A DNA stretch of 64,000 nt from Heptranchias perlo (lineage: Eukaryota). The notes beneath the pieces are model-generated. The model had not been told where the DNA came from. It was given only the letters and a program-made list of their open reading frames with translations, and made no database searches. Below, one piece after another: positions 34,716 through 48,284 of this stretch (position 1 is the first letter of the stretch; every line of letters begins with the position of its first letter). The stretch is taken from positions 33,790,001-33,854,000 of the forward strand of contig NC_090351.1 of NCBI RefSeq assembly GCF_035084215.1. Reading direction: 5' to 3'. The translations under genes were made by a program, and so were the position numbers.

Positions 34716-36803
34716 CTGAGAAGACAGCACTTCAGAAATTGAACAGGAAGTAACTGCTAAATACAAACAGATACATTTTAATAAGAACTTCCACTGTGTA
34801 CAGAAGAATCTCTCCACTACGTCCATTAATACAGTTGAATTCCTTGTAGTTTGTGATGAAAGAAAGAACATTAATTTCGTGCCTTATCACATCCTCACGA
34901 TGTCCTAAAGCACTTCCCAGCCAGTGAATTACTTTTGAAGTGTCGTCACTATCTTTGAACAAGAACAGCAACAACAGCTTGCATTTATATAGCACCGATA
35001 ACATAGAAACTCAAGCTAAGACATAATCAAAATTAAATGGATACTGAGATAAGGCAGGAGATATTAGGAGAGGTGTGTAACAGCCTGGTCAAAGAGGTGG
35101 GTTTTAAGGAGGGTCTTAAAGGAGGAGAGGTGGAGGATTTCATACAGGGAATTTCACAATGTGGTGCCAAGTTGGTTGAAGGCAAACCCATTCCCACTAA
35201 TGGTGGGGCAAAGGTAGGGATCGATGCACAAAAGATCACAGTCAGCGGAAGGGAGATTTCGTGAGGGAGTTGGTGAGTCGGGCTGAAGGAGGTTACTCAA
35301 ATAGTGAGGGGCCATTTCATGAAGGAATTTAAACACAAGGATGAAAGTTTGAAGTTTTGAGAGACCGAAAGCCAATGTAGGTCAGCAAGGACAGGGGTGA
35401 TAGATGAGCGGGACCTGATAGCAGAATTTTGGATGCGTTGATGTTTATGGTGGGTGCAAGAGGGGAGGCAGGCCAGGAGAACATTGGAATAGTTCAATCT
35501 GGAGGCAACAAAGACATGGATGTGGGTTTCAGCAGCAGACGGGTGGAAGTAGGCAGACTTTGTAATGAACTTGATATCTGCAGGAAAAGTGCTCCAGATT
35601 GTCTGTAAGATCAATGAGCAAGACCTCGAGGGTATTAATCACAGGATTATTCCCAGTGCCACATGGTAATCAGTATAAGAATAGTAAGATAAGAGAAGTA
35701 ATTTTGTGACTGGAGAGATGGTTCAGAAGAAAAGGGTTCATATTCCTGGCACCTTGGGACCAGGTGTGGAAGAGGAGCATCCTGTAGAGGACGGGAGGAG
35801 TTTACTTGAACAGCGCCAAGACCAATGGCCTTGCTGGGAGAGGAACTCATGCTGTGGGCAAAGAGTTTACTCCCAAATGGCAGGAGGGTGGTTAAAAATA
35901 AGCTGAAGAGGCACGAGGAAGAGGACGGAGGGCTGAGGATATAGGATAGATAAAAGAGGGAAATGGGGAGGGGAAAGAGATCAGATCAGAAAGAGGAAGG
36001 TTTGAAAAGAGAAAGATTGCCATAACAGAGGCGTGCTTCAGTTGAATGTTCAAAAAGTATTCTGCATAAAATTGGCAAGTTGAGGCACAAATATTTATGG
36101 GGAGGTTTGATATAATAGAATTAACAGACTCATGGCTTAGAGTAGGGTGAGACTGGGAGTTTAACATTGCTGGTTACAAAATAGATTAGTCCAAAATGGT
36201 GGCGGGGAGGCAGTATTAATCAGAAATTCCATTACAGCATTAAATCATAAAGATGATATGGGGCTGAATCTACTTGGTTAGAGTTAAAGAAGAAGAAGAA
36301 AACGGTTCCTTATTAGGAGAGTAATATCGACCAAACAGTGGGCGTCCTCTCCCAGTGAGGAACAGTTTCACTGACAGAGCCTCGTTAAACAATATTTCAT
36401 CGGCTGTACTTTAAATAACGAAAACAGTTGCAAATTTGTGACATTTTCTATTTGAGGGATTATTACCACTGCAGTCTTCAGTGTATATTGGCCTTCAGAC
36501 TACATTATAAAAGTCACTTTTTTACGGATTAAAACTGGTTGCCTTTGCATTTTGATTGTTGCTTTTGCAGCTTTTAAAAAAATGAAATGGAACCTTTATT
36601 TTCCACTCACAATTAAGAATGCATTTTCGTCTGGCAAATAATACAGTGAAAAAGAGATACAAGACTATATGCAAATGTACTTCTGCTGAGTATTTTGTGC
36701 CTTTACATTTCTCCAAATATTTAAACATCTCTGCTGTTTAAACCATACACGAGACTTAAACTAACACTGATTATCTGAATATCCAGCTCTGGCGGTCACT
36801 CAC

Positions 36804-36840
36804 CGGGCAGGGAACAAATGAGAAGAATCAGAATCCGCAT
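36804..36840 (-). CDS. Receptor copy B (28222-36840), exon 1: signal peptide
   Basis: Same as 3244-3280 at +33560. Confidence 0.85.
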
Positions 36841-38956
36841 TGTTTTATTCACAAAGAAGAGATCAGCACTTGTCGTCAGTCACCCAGCTCTTCGTTCTCA
36901 TATCTAAATAAATATCTTCATGATGCGAGGAATTTAAATGAGGAAGAAAGTAGCAGGAAGCCAGATCGTGAAACCGCAGGAAGCCAGCCGATGAAATGTT
37001 ACCCCTGAGAACTTGAAATATTGTCAGTTATATTTAACAAACAAAACTAAACTAATTTTCATCAATGAATAGAAAATTGTGAAAACAGGAATGTGAAAAT
37101 GTTAACAGGAATGGAGAATGGCGACCCAAGCAAAGTATTTATGCTGAATTGTGAGGTGACATCCAGAACACAAGTGAGAAAAAAACCTCAGACAAGTGTT
37201 GAGATTGGCAGGAAGATTCAATCCCCTCTCCTTCCCACAGTGTACTGTGTATGGAAACTAGTTTCACAGATAAAACAGTTAATGCTGTGCTTATTAACAG
37301 CATGAAGAATGTCTGGCCACATAGTCGGAAATCCCTTAAAGTCACATGTTAAGTGTCAGAATCATACCAACAACAACAACAACTTGCATTTATATAGCAC
37401 CTTTAACACAATAAAATGTTTCACGGTGCTTCACAGGAGCGATTGTCATGCAAAATTTGGCACCAAGACACATAAGTCGATATTAGGACATGTGACTAAA
37501 AGCTTGGTCAAAGAGGTAGGTTTTAAGGAGCATCTTAAAGGAGGAGAGAGAGATAGAGAGGGGGAGAGGTTTAGGGAGGGAATTCCAGAGCTTAGGGCCA
37601 ATGCAGCTGAGGGTACGGCCGGCAATGGTGGAGCGATTAAAATGGGGGATGCGCTAGAGTCAATAATTGGAGGAGCGCAGAGATGGTGGTGGTGAGGTAG
37701 AGCTGGGTGTGGTCAGCGTACATGTGGAATCTGACGATGTGTTTTCAGATGATGTCACCGAGGGGCAGCATGTAGATGAGAAATAGGTGGGTCCAAGGAT
37801 AGATCCTTGTGGGACTCCAGAGGTAACACAGGGCACACTACCCATGATTTCCTGTTTGTTAACGTTAATGGATGGTGACATGGACTCTGGGACATTTCCA
37901 GCCACCATGTTCTTTTACATGGGTGTCGGGTTGTGGTACATTGTCCTAGTGTGCAGCACCACACAGTAATGCACACAGTTCCACATCCACTGTTCGGGGT
38001 GAATTTTAACCTCAGGAACGGGTGGTTTGGGCGTGGTTGGGAAGGTAACAATTGTAAAAATGTAAAGCCCGACCCCAACCTGCCCACTTCCGGTTATAAC
38101 GGAGGCGGTTCGAGGGGTGGGCGACCAACCCGTTCTCAGGAGACGGGTCGGTCAGTGAAAGCTTTTAAGGAGGCTGCGGGCGTCCATTTTGAAAGATTTT
38201 TTATTTTCAACTCCTGGGGGCCGGGATTACCGGGCCTTCTGCTTCAGGCCACGTGAGAGGAGGCAAGAAGGCCTGGATCAGCAGTGAAGTGCTTTTATTG
38301 CATTACTTGTGGGCCAGGAGGAGCAGGACTGCTTCCCCCAACAATCTCACCTGCCGCGATCGCACACATGCGGTCTCCGACACCCCCCCCAACTATCACC
38401 GAACCCCTCCCCCATGATCTCCGACACCCACCCCCCGAATGCCGCCCCCACCACGATTTCGAACCCCCCAATATCTGACCACCCATGCCTGAGCCCCTGA
38501 TGAACCTCCCAATGATCACAGACTCTAATGAGCCCCCCTGATGACCGACCCCCACCGATGGCCGAGCCTCTGATGACCCTGACCCCGAACCCCCTGATGA
38601 CATCGATGAGCAACTACCCCCGCCGGCCCCCATTTAATACTTTTGTGCTGGCATCTGCTACCCCGCTGCTCCCCTGTCCGACTGATAGCCAGCTTGTCAA
38701 TCCAGCTGGACTGTCGGGCAGAAAACCTGCAGAAAAAGAATGAAATACTTCCTTTCGTCAAAATCGTAAGGACGTCTGGGAAACCCGGACTTCTAGGTTT
38801 CCAGTCAGGATTTCTGACCCCCCTCCCATGACCTGGCTCCCTGGTAAAATTTTACTCCCTCGTCTCCAAAAGATAAGACTCTTCCCCATTGGCAGGGAAA
38901 GAAAATTAAAAGCAATTGTATCCTTGAACATTTTTAAGTCGCTCTTTGGATACAAA

Positions 38957-41007
38957 GGGCCCGAATTTAGCAGGCCTGCGGGTTCCCAGCGCGTGGTCCT
39001 CCGGGAGCGTGGTCAACACGCTCGGCGAAATTAGTGGGTTGCCCACGCGATCGTAGCAGGCAACCCACTAATAGGAATCAATTACCTGCTCCTCCGGGAT
39101 CCACGGCGCTGGCCTGTGCGTCGGTCGGGCTGCGCATGCGCAGTACGATCTGTCAGCTGGAGGCTCTCTCGTTAAAGGGGCAGTCCTCCACTGACAGATG
39201 CTGCAACCAATGGGACAAATTGCAGCATGGAGCAGCCCAGGGGGAAGGCTGCTCCCAGTTTAATGATGCCTCACCCCAGCTATCGTCAGATGGGGTGAGG
39301 AGGAGGGGGAGGACACAGATCTTCCCCCCGGCGGGCGGGAGGAAGCGGCCTGCCTCTGCCACCAAGAAGGCCTGGCTCGAGGTGGCAGAGGGGGTCACCT
39401 GCGCCACCAACATATCGCCCACCTGCATACAGTGCAGGAGGCGCTGCAATGACCGCAGTAGGTCAGCCGCAGTGAGAACACGAAGTCTTTCCCCAACACT
39501 CCGTCTGCCACAACACTGCCCCCACCCCACATCTCCTTCGGCACCGCCAACACTATTCTGTCACATCACCCTTCATACCCACTCACACCCCATCCTCATC
39601 TTACCTCCACCTACTCACCTCGCCAGTACTCACCCTGCCACTAACACGCAACCCACTCCTCATACAATCTCATTGCTCCATCCCATACTCACCGTCTCGT
39701 GCATCTCCCTCACGGCCAGCCTCACTCAACCTGCCACCACCTGTGCTGCAGCCACAGGGCATGCATCACATATGTGCAGTCGGCAGCGTAAGGCAAACGT
39801 CTCGTCAGCATGAAGGGGGTGCACAAGGGTGTCTGAGGGTTTGTCATGGGTGTTACCCATATTGAATTTCAGAGCAACAAACAGCACACATTATATTGAC
39901 ACCACCACTGCCATGTCTCCGCGAATCCTGTCCGTTGTGACCAATAATGCCCGCTCCTGGGTATCACTATGAGGACCCACCACTGATGCCACCCATCGTG
40001 TTACTACAGAGTAGGTGCAGGTGTATTTGCAGGGCTCGTCCGCGCAGACGACTGAGAGACATCGGCGGTGTAGCCGGCTGCACCCTGGAAGGATGAGGAG
40101 GAGAAGGTGTGGAGGGCAGTGGTGACTTTGCCAGCGACAGGTAAGCAGTTGGTGCTGGGGCCAGCCAGGAGCAGCTCGGCATGAAAGAGGCTGCAGATCT
40201 CCACGACTACATGTCGAGCGAGTCTGCGCCTCCCTGTGCACTGCTGCTCGGAGAGGTCCGGGGAGCTGCGCCTCGGTCTGTGGACCCTGTGGCGAGGGTA
40301 GTGCCCTCTGCGACGCGTCTCTCTCTGCGGTAGCCCTCCCTCCTGCTGTGCAGGTGGGCGTGCAACAACACCGTGTTGGGGGGATCCACGTCCCTGCGGC
40401 GGACGGCGTGGACTGCGAGGCTGCTGGGGCTGGTCATGCTCTTCGTCCTCCGAGGGTCTCCACACACCACCCAACTGGCAGGTGTTGGTCTGAGGGGTTG
40501 TGCAGGGTAGGTGTGTGGTTCCTCGGACTGGGGCTGCGGTTTCGTGTCGGTCTGTCCTCTGGCTTGGCGGGGGGTGGTGGAGGGCAGGGCTTGCCCTATG
40601 TGACGCGGTGGCCTCCTGCGTGGGTGAGGGCTCTCCCCCGTGGAGCACACCTTGGCACCTGCCACAGGCTGCTGGCTGCAACACGCCTGGTTGGAGGGAG
40701 ACTGTTTCCCCCAGTGTGGGAAACTCACTGCCTTGAACCTAAAATCCCACACTTCCTCTTTTGACAGCTGCTTCAGCTCATTAACTGACCACAACGAGCA
40801 AGGTAAGTACTCTCAAGTGGAACCCCGCTGGCTTTAATTGCCTGCGGGATTCCCACCAGCGGGGCTTGCGCGCGCAGCCCCGCACGTCAGCGCGGTACCC
40901 GGAAGTGGCCGGGATTTCGTCGCGATCCGGTCACGTGACCGGAGATCGGGATTTTCGGGGCCACCCCGCTGGGAACCCGCCGGAAACACGCTCCTAAAAT
41001 CGAGCCC
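38957..41007. mobile_element. Harbinger element, unit 3 copy
   Basis: Same TIRs/TSD; right TIR reads ctaaaatcgagccc. Confidence 0.88.
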
Positions 41008-44000
41008 AAAGTGTCTTCGGGAGACTGGGATCAGCTGGGTGGCTGCTGTAGATTCCACTGAAGCTGGCACATGCTCCATTGGTGGCTGAAATGAAGAAAA
41101 AGCTTCCCCGATGTTGCTGCAGATGAGAACTGTAAACTCAAGTGTCACAGTTGTCAGTTGATACACATCCTCGGACCCTGACCTCAGAGCCTGCATGTCG
41201 GTGTGATGTTCCTCAAACATCCTGCTTTTCAGGAAAGTATCCATGAGTTCGGGCTCTCAGGACTCCAAAGGCAAAGGCAGCCTTCTCATCGGCCTCCACA
41301 TGGACGGTGGCACATTGTTACCTACTTCTCACACCTCCAGCCCCCTTGTGCTCTGTGAATCACCACACCCTCACAAAACACTATCTAATTTTCCTCGGGT
41401 GAATGTACCTGAGCTGGTGCCTGGGATTTAAGAAGAAGGTGACAATGGTGATGAGTTGAAAGGTGTTGGGACAGAGGAACAAGGGCCATAAGGTGTCTGC
41501 AGGAAATCATGGGTTGGCTTCATCACCATCCTGGTCTACTGGTGGGCCAAGGAGACAGAGAAAGCAGTGGACGCTTGTTGGCGTGTGACACATCATAGAG
41601 ATGCCAGGGCAATGGTGTTATGTTGGCAATGTGCCCAGACCTCCACATCTCCCATGGCACGAGGAGAGTGATTCCCCATGAGTTCCATGGCCTCCTCCTC
41701 GTAGGACAAGTGTTCTAAAGTTAAGGATGGCACCCCCGCTGGGCATTGTGCACTGCTTTCTCCTGCAAGAGGATGGAATAAATTAGGGGAAGGCCAGCAG
41801 CAGAGAGATGTGTGCCAAGTGTCTGAACCAGTTTGTGGGAGTTAAGAAGCAAGTGGGAGTTAAGGGAGTTGGGCAGGAGGTCTCTGCAGGGACTCATGGG
41901 TGTGCTTGAGTCTGGCTTCATCTCCTTTCCGCCCCCTGCCATGGCAGAGTTGAAGTAAGAGCTGGAGCCTGTTAGTGTTGACAAAGGGTTTTTAGGATTG
42001 TGCATGCAAGTAATTCCCTTTCGGGGAGATGGGTCGCCATAATGTTAGATCCCAAGCTGGGAGCCCCTTAACCAGAGTGCATTGTGAAGGGTTAGTTGTG
42101 TTGCTGCTACTTTTAGATGGTGAAGAGTGTGCTGATGCCAGGGATATAAAGGGAGTGTGGCCAGTGTATTACTTGCTGGCCCTGGTCAGGTCATTAAAGT
42201 TCTTTGGCTCTTGGGTGAGAGTTTTTAGTCACTGCGAGTGCCATTTCCCTTCGGCTGGCACAGGTGATATTTCTGGCACAACTCCCCTGCTTTTCTTCAA
42301 ATAATACCATGGGTCTCATATCCTCGGCAGACTGGACCATGGCTTAAAAACCAATCCGAGAGGCAGCACCTCTGACAGTGCAGCACTCGCTCAGTACAGC
42401 ATTAAAGTGTCAGGCTACATTATGTGCTCAAATCTCTGGAGTGGAGCCTGAGCTCACAACCTTCTGACTCAGAGGTGAGAGTGCTGCCACTGAGCCAAGG
42501 CTGAAGCTCGTCTCTGGACTGAGATTGCCCTCAGACCCGGCCGTATTTCCAGCACTTGGTTATTTTACACAGGGGAGGTCGACTCATTGGTCACCATCTG
42601 TCAGGAAGCACATCTTCACACAAAGACTGGTGGAAATCTGGAACTCTCTCCCCCAAAACGCTGTTGAGGCTGGGGGTCAGTTGAAAATTTCAAAACTGAG
42701 ATTGATGAATTTTTGTTAGGTTCGGGCATTAAGGGATATGGAACCAAGGTGGGTAAATGGAGTTAAGATCAGCCCATGATCTAATTGAATGGCAGGGCAG
42801 GACGACTCCTGTTCCTATGTTCCGATGACTGACATTTCCCTCAGATCTAGCCGTATTTTCTGCACTGGGTTCTTATACATATGGGAGGCCAACTCCTTGG
42901 TCTCCACCTGATGGTCTGCGATTGATACCTTGCAGGCGTTTGGATCTTGCTGCGCAGGGAAATAGGTGGCCAGCAAGCTGTCTGATTCAAAAATATTTTC
43001 GTTTTCTTTAAAGCCTTCAAATTTTATTCGGGGCGCCTGTGCATGGCGGCACTCTGAGAGTTTTGTTGGCCCAGGGCCCCCTCCGCCGATACCTGAACGT
43101 GACACACGTTATTTGTCTGTCAGCTGAAGAGATAAGGAGGGTAAAATTCGTCATGGGCATTCGTGCAAAATGGACACCAGCAAAACAGCAGCCCATTTTA
43201 CACTCCGCACGATTTTCGTTTCCATCGTGGCCCAAGACGAATTTCACCTCGAATTTACACTGGAAATCTGTCTTATTTATTTGTGTACCTGATGGGTAAA
43301 AGTTTCACTGTTGACCCTGCAGCCCTCATCCCAGATTACTTTACCATAAGGTCATGTTTCAGTTCATTGGCAGCGTGTGCCTGAATCATAACAGGCATGA
43401 AATGCATGGAGGAAGTAGTGAATTTTTGAATCTTCTCCTGATCGATAATAAGTTTTCGGAAACTGAAAAATGATGAGAGAATTCTGAAGAAATGCTGTAA
43501 ATTTATTTTAAGTCTCTGCATTATTTTTGTCAGTGCCCAGCTAAGTAAATGTCTTGTCATGTACACCTGCATTCAGACCTGTTGTTCTGTTTCTTCTTCT
43601 CTCCCCTTAACCCTTCCTTTTCCCAGTTAAAATGCAAACTTGTCCCATTGATGTAATGAGACAGTTAGAGGAGCGGTAAAGGTGAGTTTTCTCACTTATA
43701 ATTTACTCCTCATATCAATAGTTTTCATAACATTGAATGTCAGATGTCACAGATTTATTAAGTCTACACCTGCATTTAAACATACACTTAACAGCAGTAC
43801 TTACGACAAGAACCTTACGAGTTAAGTCGGAGGACTCAAACGCGTTACAATTCCAACCTCAGTATGTTGGTTGCAGATCATAATCGAGTCCCGAGTATCT
43901 GTTCCAACACCTACTTTTTACACCTTTTTCTTACCCCCTCTACGAGACAGTCCACACGTTACTGTATTACCAAATACAAGTCCATATAAGGTGAATATTA

Positions 44001-45148
44001 ATGATCTGCTTCCTTTGTTCCTTATCAATAATTTTAGCTTTTATCCAGTTATTTTTCCATAGATTGGTACAATTCCCCAACCTTTTTATCTTATCAAAGC
44101 TTCACTCTTGTTGCTAATCCATCAAGTGAAACTACTAATTTTAAATCTGGACCATGCCATACCAATCTCTTGCTTCTAAAAAGGATGATGTGTTTGCAGA
44201 TATTTCCTTCTGCAGCAACTGATTAAAGTTCTCTGGAGTAAGCACTGGAATGTTTTTAATTAGGTTTATTCTCGAAACTGACCATTGCTTTAAGGTCAGT
44301 CTTAATTCAACAGTTCATTGGTCACTGCATCTAAATTGACTTACACTTCCTCACTCAACAGGCAAGAGCTAAAGGTTACTATTACTACAATATAAAGAGA
44401 AATCAGTAACAGCATAACATTGGCAGATTTCAGGACAATCTGATTAACATAAATTAATGAGGCCCCCCCGCCTGCTTTAGTGAGGCAACTCATCCACATG
44501 CAGAATCTTGCAGGTTCAAATCTGAAATGGCACGAATAGGTCGGGACCTGAGGGGGAGGTTTCTAACGACCTATCCGCTCGGTTAAAGTCAACCCCTCCG
44601 TTTTTTATAAAACACACTCAATATTAATTTTAACCCAATAAAGCTTTTGAAATTTATCCTCTTCTTCCTCAAAATTATTTGAAGAAAAATGACTGAGCCG
44701 AAATGCTCGATGATTAAGAGAAATATTCCATTTGTACAGCTGACTGAATTGTCCTATTGCATCCTATGAAATTAGCTACACTATAACTACACTGCATCAT
44801 ATGACTACACTTCGGCAAATCCTTTACAAATGCAGACATATAATATGAAAAATTGACACAAAAAGTGTGACAAAAATTTTACAAAAGGAAGCCAGGTTGT
44901 GCAGACAGAAAGTGGCCACAGACATAAATTTTTAATACGATCGAGATAGATCGAAAGATAGCCACCAATTCGAAGCACGCAGCCATCATTTTAGTTTTGA
45001 TTTTTTTCTCCACTAATTTAATAGTCAAGTTCATTTAATGACCAATTCCATTTTTATTGTACATTTGGTAAAACGGGAAAGCTGGATGAACAATGAATAT
45101 TTGATCAGGACACAAAATTCCATCAAGGTAGATGCAATCAGGAAATCT

Positions 45149-45196
45149 TCATCTTGCCACGTTGGCCGACCTGTGGTGATCTGATTCGTTGAGTAG
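45149..45196 (-). CDS. Receptor copy C, exon 6: cytoplasmic tail
   Basis: Copy of 11442-11489 at +33707. Confidence 0.65.
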   Translation of the reverse strand, partial: LLNESDHHRSANVAR

Positions 45197-46101
45197 CTGA
45201 AAGTGAAAATATTTAATGCATCAGATTCATTGATATTGAGAAGTGTGCGTTATTTTACATGTCAGTTCTGAACAGAATTCTATCTGAAACTGTTAACAAG
45301 TTGAGGAAAGGCCTGCGATAGACTGGAGCTGTGTTGAGATCACACTCCTCCCTCCCCCATCACCATTGCACGTGTGCTGGGAAAAGGTGTCAGTTGTGCC
45401 CCTTTTGCTGTGACACCATTTTCTCACATTCAACATGGGTTTTTCTGCAACCGTGACGGTGGACAGTTGACATCAGAAAACGGTTGACTTTATTAAATAT
45501 ATTTTAGATAGTCCAGTTGAGGTTCCCAGCAACAATAGAATTAGGTCTGTGTCTGAGCACCCTGGTGCTCGACTGGATAAACAAATCAGAATGGAATCTT
45601 TTCTTGACTGTATTAGTACAGCTTGGCTCAGTGGTAGCACTCTCATTTCAGATGTCAAAAGGTTGTGGGTTCAAGTCCCAGTCCAGGGACTTCAGCACAT
45701 AATCTAGGCTGGCACTTCAGCACTGTGCTGAGGGAGTGCTCTATTGTCAGATGAAACGTTAATGGAGGGCCCCATCTGTTTGTTCAGGTGGACAGAAAAG
45801 ATTCCATGACACTATTTGAAGAAGAGCAAAGGAGTTCTCCCAATATTCTGGCCAAAACAGATTAACCGGTCATTTATCTCATCTGCTGTGTTTGGGACCT
45901 TTCTGTGTGCAAATTGTCTGCCACTTTTGTCTCCATAACAACAGTAACACTTCAAAAGTAACTCATTGGATGTAAAGAGATTGGGACATCTTGAAGATAT
46001 AAAAGAGTCTATATAAACGCAGGTTCTTTCTTTATTATATCTGTGACAAATATTTTTGAAAGAATTTTTGGAGTGTTTCATACAAAGTCCTTAATCCTTA
46101 C

Positions 46102-46192
46102 CTTAGTTTTTCTCGTACACGTTGTGACCGAAACAGTACAAATCACCAGGAGAGCAAAGAGCACCCAGCGTAGCACACTCCACACAATGTAA
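46102..46192 (-). CDS. Receptor copy C, exon 5: transmembrane
   Basis: Copy of 12395-12485 at +33707 (R allele). Confidence 0.88.
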
Positions 46193-47050
46193 CTGAGCAA
46201 AAGGGGAGAAATACAAAATCATTCACAAGAAACGGGATTGCTTTGTGTCTGAAACATTTATCTCCTGTTTACACTGTAATCTTAGTATTTTGTATCAATG
46301 TAAAGCCGCAGAACCAAGGGACTTTAGCTGGGAAACTAAACTGTTGTTTGACTTATGGAGGAAAGTCAACTTTGTGATCATTAGATAAAGGCCAAATGAA
46401 GCAAAGTTCATTAACATGTCCACAATGTGCAGCTATAAAGGCACGGCACAATTTTATAATTGAGGACTTTATAAAAGTGACTGACCATCTGCCTGGGGCC
46501 ATGTAACAGTGGTAATATGTCTCCTCAGGGATGATCACAATAACATCAACCTGCAACTGCTCATCTGCACCTTCTTTCAGGCAATTGCTGAGCAGCTGGA
46601 AACAGGCAGCCTTCCCGTTCTCTCAGTTTGGAAACAGTGTATAACATGGGCAAACTGAGAAGGTGAAAATGACGGAGAATGCAAATGCCACTCCAGAATA
46701 GTGGAAGGCAAACCAGCATTGCTGGGGTTTGGCAAGTACAACTCATCTCACGCCATGAGATTAGGTTAGCGGTAAAGTAATGAAGGTGAATAATGCAAAC
46801 AGCACCACCTGAGGGGTGGCAAAATGGAGGTGCTTACTTCTTATTCTGATTCTCCACCAACAAAAATAGCACCTTTGTTCGGAAGCCAACACAACAGCAT
46901 GATGTAAATCCAGCCACCATTTCCATTATGGTGAGTTATAGCCTGGATGAGTAAATGTTTGTGAACCCTTGTGCCAAATTTCTTAAAGAACATTTATTCT
47001 CTCAGATGGAAACAGTGCCAATCAAAACACCAGCAATGAGAACATTGTAC

Positions 47051-47174
47051 CTTTTGCTGGCAGATGTGGAACCTGAAGATGTGGTTCGATTTTCAGTGGA
47101 ATTGATATTTTTACTTGTGGAACATGGAGTTGTTGGTGACACTTTTGAATAAACTTCACATTCATATACAAGTC
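47051..47174 (-). CDS. Receptor copy C, exon 4: stalk
   Basis: Copy of 13344-13467 at +33707. Confidence 0.8.
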
Positions 47175-47960
47175 CTATTGAGGCAAGGGAATAAAGTTTA
47201 GATTCACCTGATTTTCACTTGTGGTCAACCTAGAGAACACTATTGTTAAAAGGAACCTCAGTACTTGAGTAAAATCCTGGTTGGTATATTGGATTTGGAT
47301 GCTTTCATTTCTGTGTAATTTCCCCTCTCTGATAGCAAGGAGAGATGCTGCTAACACCTGGCAGCGGCCCATTTTTAGTGATATTTCAGTTATTTCCCCA
47401 TATCCGAGTGTTTGCATTACAGAATTACTATTGGGACAGTTAAAGATCTCGGGTTGGTGGGTCTACAAACCAGATATTCCCTTTTTTGCCCCACGCAAAC
47501 GTAAAGGAAAGTTAGAGCCAGGGAATGATCTCTGCCACCACCGGAAAGTGTATTCCTGGGCGCCTAGCAACCGCGATGCTGCCCTGGAGCGATGTCCTCA
47601 GTGGAATAGGAACATCAGCAGTGCATTGAGCTCATCGGGAAATATTAGACCAATAATTACTGTTGTCGATATTAGTAGACAAGCAGTTAAAATTCGTAAG
47701 GCATTCCTCGTTTAAAAGAATGTTTCATTCAGAACAGCAGATAAAGGAATGTCACACGCACACATTAAACAGTCGCCTGCTAATACTGACAACGGTCAAT
47801 TCTAGCCTTTTGGGGTCAGTTTCCTGAGCTTGCCAAGTGATGGGAAACCTCAGCCACCGGGAGTGGATATCGCATATCAGGGACAGGCTCGCAAACAGAT
47901 GCAATAGACATTAGTTTTAAAAATTCAGTTCCCATATTGTTTGTTTAAAGTAACACTTAC

Positions 47961-48284
47961 CAATGCTGCTGATTCGAGCCACATAACTGCAGTTTTTCTC
48001 TGATCTGTTCCAGACTGACACATCAACCATTTCACTGGATTTTCCTCCATTATTATTTGAGGCTCTGCAGTAATATTGATGATGAACTTGGGTGAAGGAA
48101 GAACATTGTAGATCCAGTTTATCAGATTCAGAGATCGTTAAATCTTCAGACGTGGCCTTTTTATACCATGTGTACTGAATGGGAAGGGACCCTTGGACAG
48201 ACTCACAGGAGACTGACACTGAGCCCCCAAAACATGAGGCACTTGATGGTGATAAAAATCGAAGTACAGGAACAGACACAGATT
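47961..48284 (-). CDS. Receptor copy C, exon 3: C2 domain (Q allele)
   Basis: ORF 47917..48279. Confidence 0.92.
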
